Source of the DNA: Anaerolineae bacterium
GTDB taxonomy: Bacteria > Chloroflexota > Anaerolineae > CG2-30-64-16
DNA length: 64,000 nucleotides
Assembly (NCBI GenBank): GCA_040766655.1
Contig: JAXGQB010000006.1
Coordinates: 149,562-213,561, forward strand
Direction of reading: 5' to 3'
In this document: positions 36,390 through 45,664 of the stretch, in pieces
How positions within the stretch are numbered: the stretch's first letter is position 1
Layout: the number at the start of each line of letters is the position of its first letter
The notes under the pieces: model-generated
The model's input: the letters and a program-made list of their open reading frames with translations, nothing else
The model's database searches: none
What the model was told of the DNA's origin: nothing
Program-made: the position numbers and the translations under genes

Positions 36390-37949
36390 ATGAAGAAGCC
36401 GTTTGTGAACGAACCATTGACCGATTTCCGCATCACTGATAACGTGGTGGCGTTTCAGGCAGCCCTGGCGAAGGTCCGGGAGCAGCTGGGGCGCCGCTAT
36501 CCCCTGATCATTGGGGGCGAGAAGGTCTACACGGACGACGTGGTGGAAAGCCGCAACCCGTCCGATCCGTCTCAGATCATCGGCCTGGTGAGCCAGGCCA
36601 CGCCGGAACTCGCGGAGCGCGCGGTGCAGGAAGCTGCCAGGGCGTTCGAGCATTGGCACCGTCTCCCTGCGTCCGAGCGCGCCCGCTACCTGTTCAGCGC
36701 GGCGAAGATCATGCGCGAGCGCAAGCACGAGTTCAGCGCGCTGATGGTGCTGGAGGCCGGCAAGCCATGGGTCGAGGCCGATGCGGACACGGCCGAGGCC
36801 ATCGACTTCATGGAATTTTACGGCCGCGAGATGTTGCGCCTGGGCAAGCCCCATCCCACGCACCCGGAGCCGAACCACGAGACGGAGCTGCACTACATCC
36901 CGCTGGGCGTGGGCGTGGTCATCCCGCCGTGGAACTTCCCCAACGCGATTCTGACCGGCATGACCAGCGCGGCCATCGTGACAGGCAACACGGTCGTCCT
37001 CAAACCGGCCAGCGCCACGCCCGTGATCGGCGCGTGGGTGGCCGAGTTGTTTATCGACGAGCTGCACCTGCCCGCCGGCGTGCTGAATTTCCTGCCCGGC
37101 CCCGGCGGATCGGTGGGCGACGTGCTGGTGGACCACCCGCTCACGCGGTTCGTCGCGTTCACGGGCAGCAAGGAGATCGGCCTGCGCGTCCACCAGCGCG
37201 CGGCCGCGGTGCATCCCGGTCAGAAGTGGCTCAAGCGCACGGTGCTCGAGATGGGCGGCAAGGACGGCATCCTGGTGGACGAGACGGCCGACCTGGACGC
37301 GGCCGCGGCGGGGATTGTGTCGGCCGCGTTCGGCTTCTCGGGCCAGAAGTGCTCCGCGTGCTCCCGCGCGATCGTCGTCGAGTCGGTCTACGACGAGGTG
37401 TTGGCCAAGATCGTCGAGCTGACCGCGCGGGTCGACGTGGGCGATCCGGCCCTCGGCCCCGGCATCGAGATGGGGCCGGTGATCGACGGCAAGGCCCTCG
37501 CGAAGCACCTGGAGTACATCGGGATCGGGAAGGGTGAAGGGCGCCTCGTCGCGGGCGGCGAGGCCGTGCCGAACGACGCGGGCGGCTACTTCCTCCAGCC
37601 GACCGTGATTGCGGACGTCGCGCCCGACGCGCGACTGGCGCAGGAAGAGGTGTTCGGACCGGTGCTGGCCGTGATCAAGGCCAGGGACTTCGTCGACGGG
37701 CTGAACATCGCGAACAACACCGAGTACGGGCTGACCGGCAGCCTCTACTCCATGCGCCGCGACCGGCTCGAATGCGCGCGGCAGGAGTTCCAGGTCGGGA
37801 ACCTGTACCTGAACCGCAAGTGCAGTGGCGCCCTGGTTGGCGTGCACCCGTTCGGCGGGTTCAACATGAGCGGGACCGACTCGAAGGCCGGCGGCACGGA
37901 CTACCTGCAGCTCTTCCTGCAGGCGAAGGTGGTCAGCGAGCGCATCTAG
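36390..37949 (+). CDS. pruA: L-glutamate gamma-semialdehyde (1-pyrroline-5-carboxylate) dehydrogenase
   Basis: GGAGGA precedes the ATG. The N-terminus is FVNEPLTDF. ALDH motifs are VLEMGGKDG and FGFSGQKCSACSR. Length is ~519 aa. Confidence 0.9.
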   Translation: MKKPFVNEPLTDFRITDNVVAFQAALAKVREQLGRRYPLIIGGEKVYTDDVVESRNPSDPSQIIGLVSQATPELAERAVQEAARAFEHWHRLPASERARYLFSAAKIMRERKHEFSALMVLEAGKPWVEADADTAEAIDFMEFYGREMLRLGKPHPTHPEPNHETELHYIPLGVGVVIPPWNFPNAILTGMTSAAIVTGNTVVLKPASATPVIGAWVAELFIDELHLPAGVLNFLPGPGGSVGDVLVDHPLTRFVAFTGSKEIGLRVHQRAAAVHPGQKWLKRTVLEMGGKDGILVDETADLDAAAAGIVSAAFGFSGQKCSACSRAIVVESVYDEVLAKIVELTARVDVGDPALGPGIEMGPVIDGKALAKHLEYIGIGKGEGRLVAGGEAVPNDAGGYFLQPTVIADVAPDARLAQEEVFGPVLAVIKARDFVDGLNIANNTEYGLTGSLYSMRRDRLECARQEFQVGNLYLNRKCSGALVGVHPFGGFNMSGTDSKAGGTDYLQLFLQAKVVSERI

Positions 37950-39211
37950 CGCGGGGAGCTGGCGCGGCCGATGCCGGACATGGCCAGCAGCAGCGCGGCG
38001 AGGAGCGCCAGCGAACCGCCCCAGATGAAGGGCGCGGAGGGTCCGAAGCCCTGCCAGCCGCCGACGCCCTGCCACAACACGCCCGCGATGGCGGACGCAG
38101 GGAAATCGAGGATGCCCAGCGTGGCGTTGTACGTCCCGTAGGCCGTGCCGCGCAGCTCCGCGGGCACCAGGTCCGCCACCAGCGCCTTGGCCGTGCCGTA
38201 CGCCATGCCGTAGTAGAGCCCGTACAGGGCGTAGAGGGCCCAGATGTGCCAGGCGGCCTGCGCGAAGCCGAAGCCGAGGTAGATGACGGCGTAGGCGATC
38301 CACCCGCCGATGATCAGCTTCCGCCGCCCGATGCGGTCGGACAGCGCGCCGGCGGGCGTGGAGATTACCGTGTAGATCAGGTTGAAGGTGATCAGCATGC
38401 CGAGGATGCCCGCCACGCTGAGCCCCCGCTCCTGCGCGCGCAGCACCAGGAACGCGTCGGACGAGTTGCCCAGGTCGAACAGGGCCACGATCAGCATGAA
38501 GATCATGAACGGCCTGCCGAGGCTGCGGAATGCGAACCTGGGCGCCGCGCGCTGCCCCTGAACGGGCACATCGCGCGCCAGGAACGCGAGCGACGCCACC
38601 GCCAGCAGCGCGGGCGCGATGCTGACCAGGACGATAGTGCGGAAGACATCCTCGCCCAGGGCCAGCGCGCCGCGCTGCGCGGCCCAGACGATGCCCAGCG
38701 CGATCAGCAGGCCCAGCATGGCGCCCGCGGTGTCGGCCGCGCGGTGAAAACCGAAGGCCAGGCCGCGATGGCTCTCGTCGATCGAGTCGGCCACCAAGGC
38801 GTCGCGCGGCGCGGTGCGGATGCCCTTGCCCACCCGGTCGGCCCAGCGCGCGCCGGCCACCGCGGCCCACGTGTTGGCGAAATAGAAGAAGGGCTTGGTC
38901 AGCGCGGAGAAGCCGTAGCCGGCCACCGCCAGCCACTTGCGGCCGCCGACGCGATCCGACAGCCAGCCTGAGAAGACCTTCAGCAGGCTGGCGACCGCCT
39001 CCGCCATCCCCTCGATCACGCCGATGATGTTGGTCCTGACGCCGAGGACGTTGGCCAGAAAGAGGGGCAGGATGTTGATGACCATCTCGCTGGAGATGTC
39101 CATCAGGAAGCTCGTCAGGCTGACGGCCCACACGTTGCGCGGCAGCTGGCGGATGCCCATCGTGGCCGGTGGCGTCGTCTCACTTGTGACCGGTGATCTC
39201 GTAGACATCAT
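37946..39211 (-). CDS. MFS transporter
   Basis: About 12 TM helices. The loop 2-3 motif is GWLSDRVGGRK. The stop overlaps the pruA stop by 4 nt (convergent). The start could alternatively be the internal MGIRQL. Confidence 0.85.
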   Translation of the reverse strand: MMSTRSPVTSETTPPATMGIRQLPRNVWAVSLTSFLMDISSEMVINILPLFLANVLGVRTNIIGVIEGMAEAVASLLKVFSGWLSDRVGGRKWLAVAGYGFSALTKPFFYFANTWAAVAGARWADRVGKGIRTAPRDALVADSIDESHRGLAFGFHRAADTAGAMLGLLIALGIVWAAQRGALALGEDVFRTIVLVSIAPALLAVASLAFLARDVPVQGQRAAPRFAFRSLGRPFMIFMLIVALFDLGNSSDAFLVLRAQERGLSVAGILGMLITFNLIYTVISTPAGALSDRIGRRKLIIGGWIAYAVIYLGFGFAQAAWHIWALYALYGLYYGMAYGTAKALVADLVPAELRGTAYGTYNATLGILDFPASAIAGVLWQGVGGWQGFGPSAPFIWGGSLALLAALLLAMSGIGRASSPR

Positions 39212-39259
39212 GCCTCGCCTGTTCTCGGAAGATGTTGGTCGGGCCCGGCGCGCGCCGGC

Positions 39260-40447
39260 CTATCCTGCGACGTTCACGCCGATCAGGGCGCCGACGCCGA
39301 AGGTAATCGCGGCCGCGGCCAGGCCGAACGCGACCTGGCGCAGCCCGGAGTAGAGTGCGTTGCGGCCCGTCATCAGGGTGATCGCTGCACCGACCACAAA
39401 GAGGCCGATCGTGCTGGCGACGGCACTGGCCACGATGCCGGTGGTCCCGGACCAGAAGAGGTAGGGGAACACGGGGATGATCGCGCCGAGCGCGAAGAGC
39501 ACGAACGAAGTGATGGCCGCGGTCCATGCCGAGCCGCCCAGCTCGGCCGGATCGATGTTGAGCTCCTCGCGCGCGAGAGTGTCGAGCGCGGTGGTCTCGT
39601 CCGAGAGCAGGCGTTCGGCCATCTGCCGGGCCGAGTCAGCGGGCACGCCCTTGGCCTGATAGATCAGCGCCAGCTCCGCCTTCTCCTCCTCGGGCATCTC
39701 GGCCAATTCCTCGCGTTCGATGTCGATCTGGTGCTGGTACAGCTCGCGCGAGCTCTGGACTGACAGCCACTCGCCCAGCGCCATGGAGAGCGCGCCGGAC
39801 AGCAGCCCGGCGAACCCGGTGAGCAGGATGGTTCGGTTGCCCACCCCCGCGCCGGCCACGCCCATGACGAGGCTGAAGACGGACACCAGGCCGTCGTTGG
39901 CGCCCAGCACGCCGGCGCGCAGCGCGTTCCCGCCGGCCCCGCGGTGGCGTCCCTCGAACCGGGCCACTGCGCTGCCCTCCAGGCCCGCCGTGTTCCGGGA
40001 GAGTTGGCGGAAGATGCGTGCGTGGGAGCGCTCGTGCCGCGGCAGGCCGGCCGCCTCCGCGTCGGGCTGGCCGTCATACTCGCCCCCGGCCTGTTGCTCG
40101 ATGCCTGCGATCGTCGGCAGGACGAAGCCTGCGCCGAAGCGGGCCGCGAGGCTGCGCAGGATGCGGGTGCGCCAGGAGAGCCGGAAGGGAGGCACAGTCG
40201 CGCCCGCGTCGCGCAGCTTGTCCTCCCAGAAGGCCACGTGTTGGCGCTCCGATTCGGCCAGCCGGCGGTAGACCGCGGCCAGGTCTGCGTTGGGCTCGGT
40301 CTCGGCCAGCCGTTCGTAGAGCAGGGTCGTGTTGCGCTCCGCCGCGAGGTTGCTGAGGTAACGCCGGACATCGTGCGAGGTGGCCGGCGTCTTGGCCGAT
40401 GCCGGCGCCTTTCCCGGCTGGGGTTGGCTGTTCGTTGGGTCGCTCAT
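39260..40447 (-). CDS. Membrane-bound ferritin-like / VIT1-CCC1 family iron transporter (MbfA-like)
   Basis: The N-terminal ferritin/rubrerythrin-like ERNTTLLYERLAE...ESERQHVAFWEDKL is fused to the VIT domain LRAGVLGANDGLVSVFSLVMGVAGA. Start was placed at ATG (MSDP), 9 nt after GAAGG. Confidence 0.85.
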   Translation of the reverse strand: MSDPTNSQPQPGKAPASAKTPATSHDVRRYLSNLAAERNTTLLYERLAETEPNADLAAVYRRLAESERQHVAFWEDKLRDAGATVPPFRLSWRTRILRSLAARFGAGFVLPTIAGIEQQAGGEYDGQPDAEAAGLPRHERSHARIFRQLSRNTAGLEGSAVARFEGRHRGAGGNALRAGVLGANDGLVSVFSLVMGVAGAGVGNRTILLTGFAGLLSGALSMALGEWLSVQSSRELYQHQIDIEREELAEMPEEEKAELALIYQAKGVPADSARQMAERLLSDETTALDTLAREELNIDPAELGGSAWTAAITSFVLFALGAIIPVFPYLFWSGTTGIVASAVASTIGLFVVGAAITLMTGRNALYSGLRQVAFGLAAAAITFGVGALIGVNVAG

Positions 40448-40863
40448 GATGTTCACCTTCTTTGCTGCGCGCCATTATCGCGCCGCGCGCGGAGAGGGTG
40501 AAATGGGCGCGTGTGCGGGCGCGAGCAGGTCAGCCCCTCCACTTACGTTCCCGCCATGCCTATGAGGCTATCAAAACTCGGGCTGTCATTTGCCAGCTGC
40601 GATCGCGCTGCAGCAGCGGTCGTTCGCTGCTGAATGCCCTTTGCCATCACCATTGACTCTGTGCTACACTCCGCACAACATAAACGCCCCGGGCTGCTGG
40701 TGCGACCGGGGCACGGCCCCATCAGCGCAGACGAGGCACTGGCAGGTGAACGTTGACAGGTTGGGCCGTCCGCGGCGTGTCTTGATGCGGGCGGCTCATC
40801 GCGTTCGGTGCTTCGCCGCAAAGCAACGGACGCCTCGTCCCTGCCGGGCGAAGGTAGGCGGAA

Positions 40864-42006
40864 ATGATCGATCCCCAGAGCCACACAACCCTGAAGCAGG
40901 CCATTGCCGAGCAGTTGGCCACTGACCGGGCGGTTCTCGACCGTCTGCGGTTGGAGATAAGGCCACTGCGCGAGCAGGTGCGACGCATCCAGCCGCGGGT
41001 GACCACCTCCATATCTCTCGTGGGCACTGATGGTGGCAACAACCACCTGCAGTTCGATCCCTTCCTGGTGCAGATCATCCGCGTGGTGGATTCCAGCAAC
41101 AACGAGTACTGCCTGGAAGCCGTGACGCCGACCACCAGTGTCACGGCCTTGAGCGCCAGGCAGTTCGCCGGCCGGGGAGGCAAGCCCACCGCGCTCGGCA
41201 AGATGATGGCATACCTGGGTGTGAGCAGCCTCCCTCAGCTTAGCCACATGATCCGCACCAACGAGACCGACCGGCCCGTAAGTCCGAGTTGGGTGCAGGT
41301 ATACCGGGAGTTGGTGGAGTGGGCGATCCTCTTCAGCATCGTGCGCGAGAAGGATTTTGGCACCGATACGCTGATCGTCTTTGACGGGCTTCTCCGTAGC
41401 AAGGTTTTCGCCGGTGACCTTTTCGGCAAGTACCTCAAGGGACTGGAAGAAGGTATCCATGCGCATCGTCGAAACCACCGCAAGCTCTACCTGGCTGGGG
41501 TTGCCAAGCATAGTCAGGTTCTGGCGCGCTATCGCCTGGCGATGAGTTTGGAGGGCATCCTGACCGGCACCTATCCCGCCTACGTCGAAGTTCCGCGCGA
41601 TCTGGAGGAGAAGGCGTACGTGTGGAGCGAATACGCGCGCGGGGATGACCGGGCGATCGAAGGAGCGGAAATCAATCGTTTTGTCGGCGGCAAGATGTTC
41701 TTCGTGAAGTTCGGCAACGGCGCGCGAGATCCTATCTGGCCGGTGGATCTGTACTATCCGCAGCGCACGGAGGCGCCGACCATCCTGGGCAGCCTGCTAG
41801 CGGACGCCATCAACGGTTTTCCTACACCGTTCTATCCTCTTTGTTTGCAGCGCGCACATGAGAACGCCGCTATGGTCGATTTCGATTTCGACATCTTACA
41901 AGACAGTGTCTACGACGCGATTCGTTCGATTCTGGGCACTGAAGGGTCTGCTGTGGATGTATTCAGGTTGCAGGACGCCGACCCTGCTGCGCGTCGTTAT
42001 TCTTAG
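40864..42006 (+). CDS. nurA: NurA-domain 5'-3' nuclease
   Basis: ISLVGTDGGNN supplies the catalytic Asp context. LIVFDGLL, YLAGVAKHSQV and FYPLCLQRAHENA match the conserved NurA blocks as I recall them. Confidence 0.75.
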   Translation: MIDPQSHTTLKQAIAEQLATDRAVLDRLRLEIRPLREQVRRIQPRVTTSISLVGTDGGNNHLQFDPFLVQIIRVVDSSNNEYCLEAVTPTTSVTALSARQFAGRGGKPTALGKMMAYLGVSSLPQLSHMIRTNETDRPVSPSWVQVYRELVEWAILFSIVREKDFGTDTLIVFDGLLRSKVFAGDLFGKYLKGLEEGIHAHRRNHRKLYLAGVAKHSQVLARYRLAMSLEGILTGTYPAYVEVPRDLEEKAYVWSEYARGDDRAIEGAEINRFVGGKMFFVKFGNGARDPIWPVDLYYPQRTEAPTILGSLLADAINGFPTPFYPLCLQRAHENAAMVDFDFDILQDSVYDAIRSILGTEGSAVDVFRLQDADPAARRYS

Positions 42007-42017
42007 GAGTCTATGCC

Positions 42018-44141
42018 ATGCCGCACATTGACCTCTTCAGGAGGGAACAGATCATTGGCGTCTTCCGCGGCTTCCGCGAAGGCGGCCTGGAGTTCCATGC
42101 TGAGCTGGTGTTGCCGTATAGAAGCGACTTCCAGAACATCCCGATGCATGGGCAGTTCCTCCTGGTGCAGCTGGAGACCCCCGACGAGGCAGTATTGGGT
42201 CGCATCGCTGCGTTCTCCTCGGAAGGCAAACTCTCATCGGGTGTTGGCGAGGATTTCAACATCCGGGCCGTGCGGGAGGACCGGCCGATACCGGAAGACC
42301 TGCGGGAGCAGTATCTGAAGTACAGGGTCAACATTCGGGTACTGGGCGTGCTGCGCAACAAGGCTCATGGTGGCTTGACGTTTGTGCCTTCGCAACGCCG
42401 CCTACCGCACGTGGGCAGCCCGGTTGCTTTCCCGTCGCCTGAGGTTCTGGAAGAGATTGCCGGACATAACCTCCCCGGCGCGCCGATCGGCTATTTCGCC
42501 CTGGGTGAGTACATTTACACGCGCGGCGGCCAGCAGATTGAGATCACGGACTGGATGCAATGTAAAGAGCCCGAAGTCCTCATCAAGTTCCCGGTTGATA
42601 ACCTGGTCTCACGTCGCTCCTTCGTTTTTGCGCGCGCGGGCTTCGGCAAGTCCAATCTCAACAAGCTTCTGTTCAGTAAGCTGTACGAGACTACACCCAC
42701 GGTAACCAAACGCGGTGATAGACGGGTGCCCGTCGGCACCGTGATCTTCGATCCGGATGGCGAGTACTTCTGGCCGGATGACCGGGGCAGGCCGGGCCTG
42801 TGCGATGTACCTGCGCTGCGGGACAAGCTGGTCGTCTTCACCTCGCGGCGCAGCAGCAGCCCGTTCTATCAGTCCTTTGTCGCCGGCGGCATCAAGCTGG
42901 ACATCCGTCGGATGAAACCATCCGACGTGATCTCGATCGCGCTATCTCCCGAACGCCAGGAGCAACAGAACGTACGCAAGCTGCGTGGTCTGGACGTGAC
43001 CCGGTGGGTCCGGTTGGTCAACCTGATCGACGAACACGGCAACCAGGCACCGGTTGAAGAGATAAACGAACTGCTCGGTCTGGAGCAGCGGCAAGAGGTG
43101 GAGGCTTACGCCGCGCGTGCCAACATGACCGCCATCGTCAGGATGCTGCATGATAAGGGCAGCCAGTTGATGGACCTGCTGATTCATTCACTGTCAGAGG
43201 GCAAGCTTTGTGTGGTTGATGTCTCCCAGATGCGCGGCGGGCAGGCCATGATGCTGTCGGGTTTGATCCTGCGACGCATCTTCGACCGCAACCAGGAGGA
43301 GTTCACCGCGGCTGAGCCGAAGACCATCCCCACCATTGCTGTGATCGAGGAAGCCCAGTCGGTCCTGAACGAGCGCGCCCTGTCGGCCGAGCCGTTCATC
43401 ACCTGGGTCAAGGAGGGGCGCAAGTATGACCTGGGCGCCCTGCTGATCACCCAGCAGCCTGGCAGCATTCCGGTGGAAATACTTAGCCAGGGCGACAACT
43501 GGTTCATCTTCCATCTGCTATCGTCGGCAGATCTCTTAACGCTACAGCGCGCCAACGCCCACTTCAGTGAAGACTTGTTGAGCGTCCTGCTCAACGAGCC
43601 GATCGCAGGCCAGGGTGTGTTCTGGAGTTCCGGAGGCGGCAAGCCCTATCCGGTCCCGATCCGCGTGCTATCGTTCGAGCGGCTGTTCAAACCCCTCGAT
43701 CCGGACTACGATCAACCCGCTGCCGACACCTATGCTGCGAGACTGCGCGATGAGTTCGAGGCGAAGCTCGTCGGCGCTGAACTAATGGTGCGACCTGCAG
43801 CCACTGATATCGAGGCCGAGCAGGATGGCAGCGGGGCTGATGTCCAAGGTCAGCCTGATGAGAGGGACGTCCTGCAGGTATATAAGGATCGCGCTATTCA
43901 GGCGCTCCAGCGCGACGAGAACATGATGGGACGCGTGACCAGCAGCGAGGGCGTGGCTTGGGGCACGATGAAGAGGTTCTTCGAGGATCAACTGCCGGTC
44001 GAGATGGACGACCGCGGGCAGATTGCCTATGGGCTGGTGCGGGAGGCGATGGATCGCATCTTCGGCAGACAGAACGAAGCCTGGCACTCTTACAAGCACC
44101 CGACCCGCAACACGGCATACGTCAAGACGGGCAAGGGGTAG
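42018..44141 (+). CDS. herA: HerA/FtsK-superfamily hexameric ATPase (DUF87) with extra ~150-aa C-terminal domain
   Basis: Starts 11 nt after the nurA stop, behind AGGAG. The N-terminal barrel-like segment is GQFLLVQLETPDEAVLGRI. Walker A is ARAGFGKSNL, Walker B KLCVVDVSQM, and the sensor block ALLITQQPGSIP. Confidence 0.85.
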   Translation: MPHIDLFRREQIIGVFRGFREGGLEFHAELVLPYRSDFQNIPMHGQFLLVQLETPDEAVLGRIAAFSSEGKLSSGVGEDFNIRAVREDRPIPEDLREQYLKYRVNIRVLGVLRNKAHGGLTFVPSQRRLPHVGSPVAFPSPEVLEEIAGHNLPGAPIGYFALGEYIYTRGGQQIEITDWMQCKEPEVLIKFPVDNLVSRRSFVFARAGFGKSNLNKLLFSKLYETTPTVTKRGDRRVPVGTVIFDPDGEYFWPDDRGRPGLCDVPALRDKLVVFTSRRSSSPFYQSFVAGGIKLDIRRMKPSDVISIALSPERQEQQNVRKLRGLDVTRWVRLVNLIDEHGNQAPVEEINELLGLEQRQEVEAYAARANMTAIVRMLHDKGSQLMDLLIHSLSEGKLCVVDVSQMRGGQAMMLSGLILRRIFDRNQEEFTAAEPKTIPTIAVIEEAQSVLNERALSAEPFITWVKEGRKYDLGALLITQQPGSIPVEILSQGDNWFIFHLLSSADLLTLQRANAHFSEDLLSVLLNEPIAGQGVFWSSGGGKPYPVPIRVLSFERLFKPLDPDYDQPAADTYAARLRDEFEAKLVGAELMVRPAATDIEAEQDGSGADVQGQPDERDVLQVYKDRAIQALQRDENMMGRVTSSEGVAWGTMKRFFEDQLPVEMDDRGQIAYGLVREAMDRIFGRQNEAWHSYKHPTRNTAYVKTGKG

Positions 44142-44149
44142 GCTGGGAG

Positions 44150-45301
44150 ATGCTGTACGGCAACAACGACCGGGCGCTGAACGGAATCTGCCCGTACTTC
44201 ACGATGTTCCCGGTGGACTTCCCCCGCTCGCTGTTGGCTGCCCGGGGCGAGCGGGATGGCTGGGTGTTTGATCCGTTCTGCGGACGCGGCACAACCAATT
44301 TTGCTGCTCGGCTGTCGAACCTGCCATCGATTGGCATGGATAGCAGCCCGGTCGCCGTTGCCATCGCGCAAGCCAAACTGGCCAACACATCGCCACGCGA
44401 GATCTTGGGGGCTGCGGTTGAGTTGCTTGACGAGGTTGATCAGCCTGTCGACGTGCCTGAAGGCGAGTTCTGGGAGTGGGCATTCTCGCCAGACGTGCTT
44501 GTCGTGGTCTGCCGGCTGAGAGAGGGTCTGATGCGCGACTGCCGCAGTGATGCCCGCAAGGCTCTGCGAGCGATCCTGATGGGCGCCCTGCATGGTCCCA
44601 CGCCAAAGTACAAAGCCTCATACTTCTCCAACCAGTCGCCCCGCACCTATGCGCCCAAGCCGGGGTATGCAGTGCGCTTCTGGAAGGTGCGCGATCTGAA
44701 GCCACGGTCGGTGGATGTGCTGGCCATCGTTCACGAGCGGTCACAACGTTACTTCGGTGCCAAACTCCCTCGGGGCAAGGGCTGGATTCTCGCGGGCGAT
44801 AGCCGGGACCCCGCTGCCGTAGAGGCGGCGGTGCAGGGTCGTGCGTTGCGATGGGTGATTACGTCTCCGCCCTACTATGGCTTACGGACGTACATCCCCG
44901 ATCAGTGGTTGCGCCAATGGTTCGTGGGTGGACCCGCTGAGGTCGATTACTCATCCGATGGACAAATCCGCCACGCAAGTCCGGGTATATTCAGCCAGGA
45001 GCTAAGAACCGTGTGGCGAAACGTGGCTCGGGTATGCCGCGCTGATGCCGAACTCGTGATTCGTTTCGGCGGGATCCGCGATCGCAAGGCCGAGCCGCTG
45101 CCGCTGCTGTTGGAGTCCTTAGTGGGATCGGGTTGGGAGGTGCGGAGCATCACATCGGCTGGCTCCGCATCGCAGGGGCGACGGCAGGCCGAGAGTTTTG
45201 CCCGCACCAAGCAACCACCCTTCGAAGAACACGATGTCCTGGCGGTTCTGGCGGACGAATCAGTTTCGAGTTGGCAGAGCCAAGCGGAGGGAATGCACTG
45301 A
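44150..45301 (+). CDS. N4/N6 DNA methyltransferase with permuted motif order (motif I N-terminal, SPPY motif IV ~200 aa downstream)
   Basis: ATG lies 8 nt after the herA stop. VFDPFCGRGTT (residues ~39-49, the AdoMet FxGxG block) and WVITSPPYYG (residues ~236-244, catalytic (S/D)PPY) are present. The track ORF start at 43958 overlaps herA and was rejected. Confidence 0.8.
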   Translation: MLYGNNDRALNGICPYFTMFPVDFPRSLLAARGERDGWVFDPFCGRGTTNFAARLSNLPSIGMDSSPVAVAIAQAKLANTSPREILGAAVELLDEVDQPVDVPEGEFWEWAFSPDVLVVVCRLREGLMRDCRSDARKALRAILMGALHGPTPKYKASYFSNQSPRTYAPKPGYAVRFWKVRDLKPRSVDVLAIVHERSQRYFGAKLPRGKGWILAGDSRDPAAVEAAVQGRALRWVITSPPYYGLRTYIPDQWLRQWFVGGPAEVDYSSDGQIRHASPGIFSQELRTVWRNVARVCRADAELVIRFGGIRDRKAEPLPLLLESLVGSGWEVRSITSAGSASQGRRQAESFARTKQPPFEEHDVLAVLADESVSSWQSQAEGMH

Positions 45302-45406
45302 TCGAGGCGAGGGTCGCGTTGGACGAAGCCGAACGCACGACCCCCGCTTTACGATATCCCTACTGGCGCGTAGGCCGACGGAGCAGGGTCCAGGAGTGGT
45401 GTACTG

Positions 45407-45571
45407 ATGGATGACGAGGTCGGGTCTGACTGGCAGACGCAGGCGCCGGCGGCCGGCTTCGAACACCTCGGTGAGCACCGCGAGCCGTATTGGGATATCT
45501 TCCCCAGCCTCAAGCCCGAGCTGAGAGCACGCATCCCGATGACGTTCTCCATGGTCGCGCGGCGACCCTGA
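45407..45571 (+). CDS. Possible 54-aa small protein downstream of the methyltransferase
   Basis: ATG at 45407 lies 11 nt after CAGGAG. Host-like high GC3. Below the ORF-track size cutoff. No motif. Confidence 0.35.
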   Translation: MDDEVGSDWQTQAPAAGFEHLGEHREPYWDIFPSLKPELRARIPMTFSMVARRP

Positions 45572-45601
45572 TTGACCATCCCCAATTGTAGTCCGCGCTC
45601 C

Positions 45602-45645
45602 TTACAGATACCTAATACTATTAGTATATTCTAACACCATTAGGT
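45602..45645 (+). promoter_or_regulatory. AT-rich promoter/operator upstream of the TetR gene
   Basis: TTACAG (45602-07), 17 nt, then TATATT (45625-30). A perfect 13-nt palindrome CTAATACTATTAG (45612-24) sits in the spacer. An outer inverted repeat ACCTAAT (45610-16)/ATTAGGT (45639-45) flanks it. Confidence 0.55.
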
Positions 45646-45664
45646 AACTGGAGGAGCGTACGGC

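Noticed and set aside
37946-37949. 4-nt overlap of the convergent pruA and MFS stop codons
   Set aside because: This is real but common in compact genomes. There is no evidence of a regulatory role.
35658-39131. 1157-aa minus-strand ORF, the second-longest in the track
   Set aside because: It runs antisense across four well-supported genes (fdhD tail, DinB-like, pruA) and out of frame with the MFS gene. Its translation is Arg/Gly/Pro/Ala/His-rich with no motifs. This is the typical stop-codon-poor shadow ORF of high-G+C DNA.
40457-40863. ~400-nt leader upstream of nurA, inspected for a promoter, riboswitch or small gene
   Set aside because: TTGACT and TTGACA hexamers are present, but neither has a convincing -10 at 16-18 nt. 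Only a modest hairpin (ccccgg...ccgggg) was seen. Nothing there can be supported.
40543-41511. 322-aa minus-strand ORF overlapping the nurA start region
   Set aside because: It lies antisense to the NurA-motif frame and extends through the non-coding leader. No SD and an arbitrary composition.
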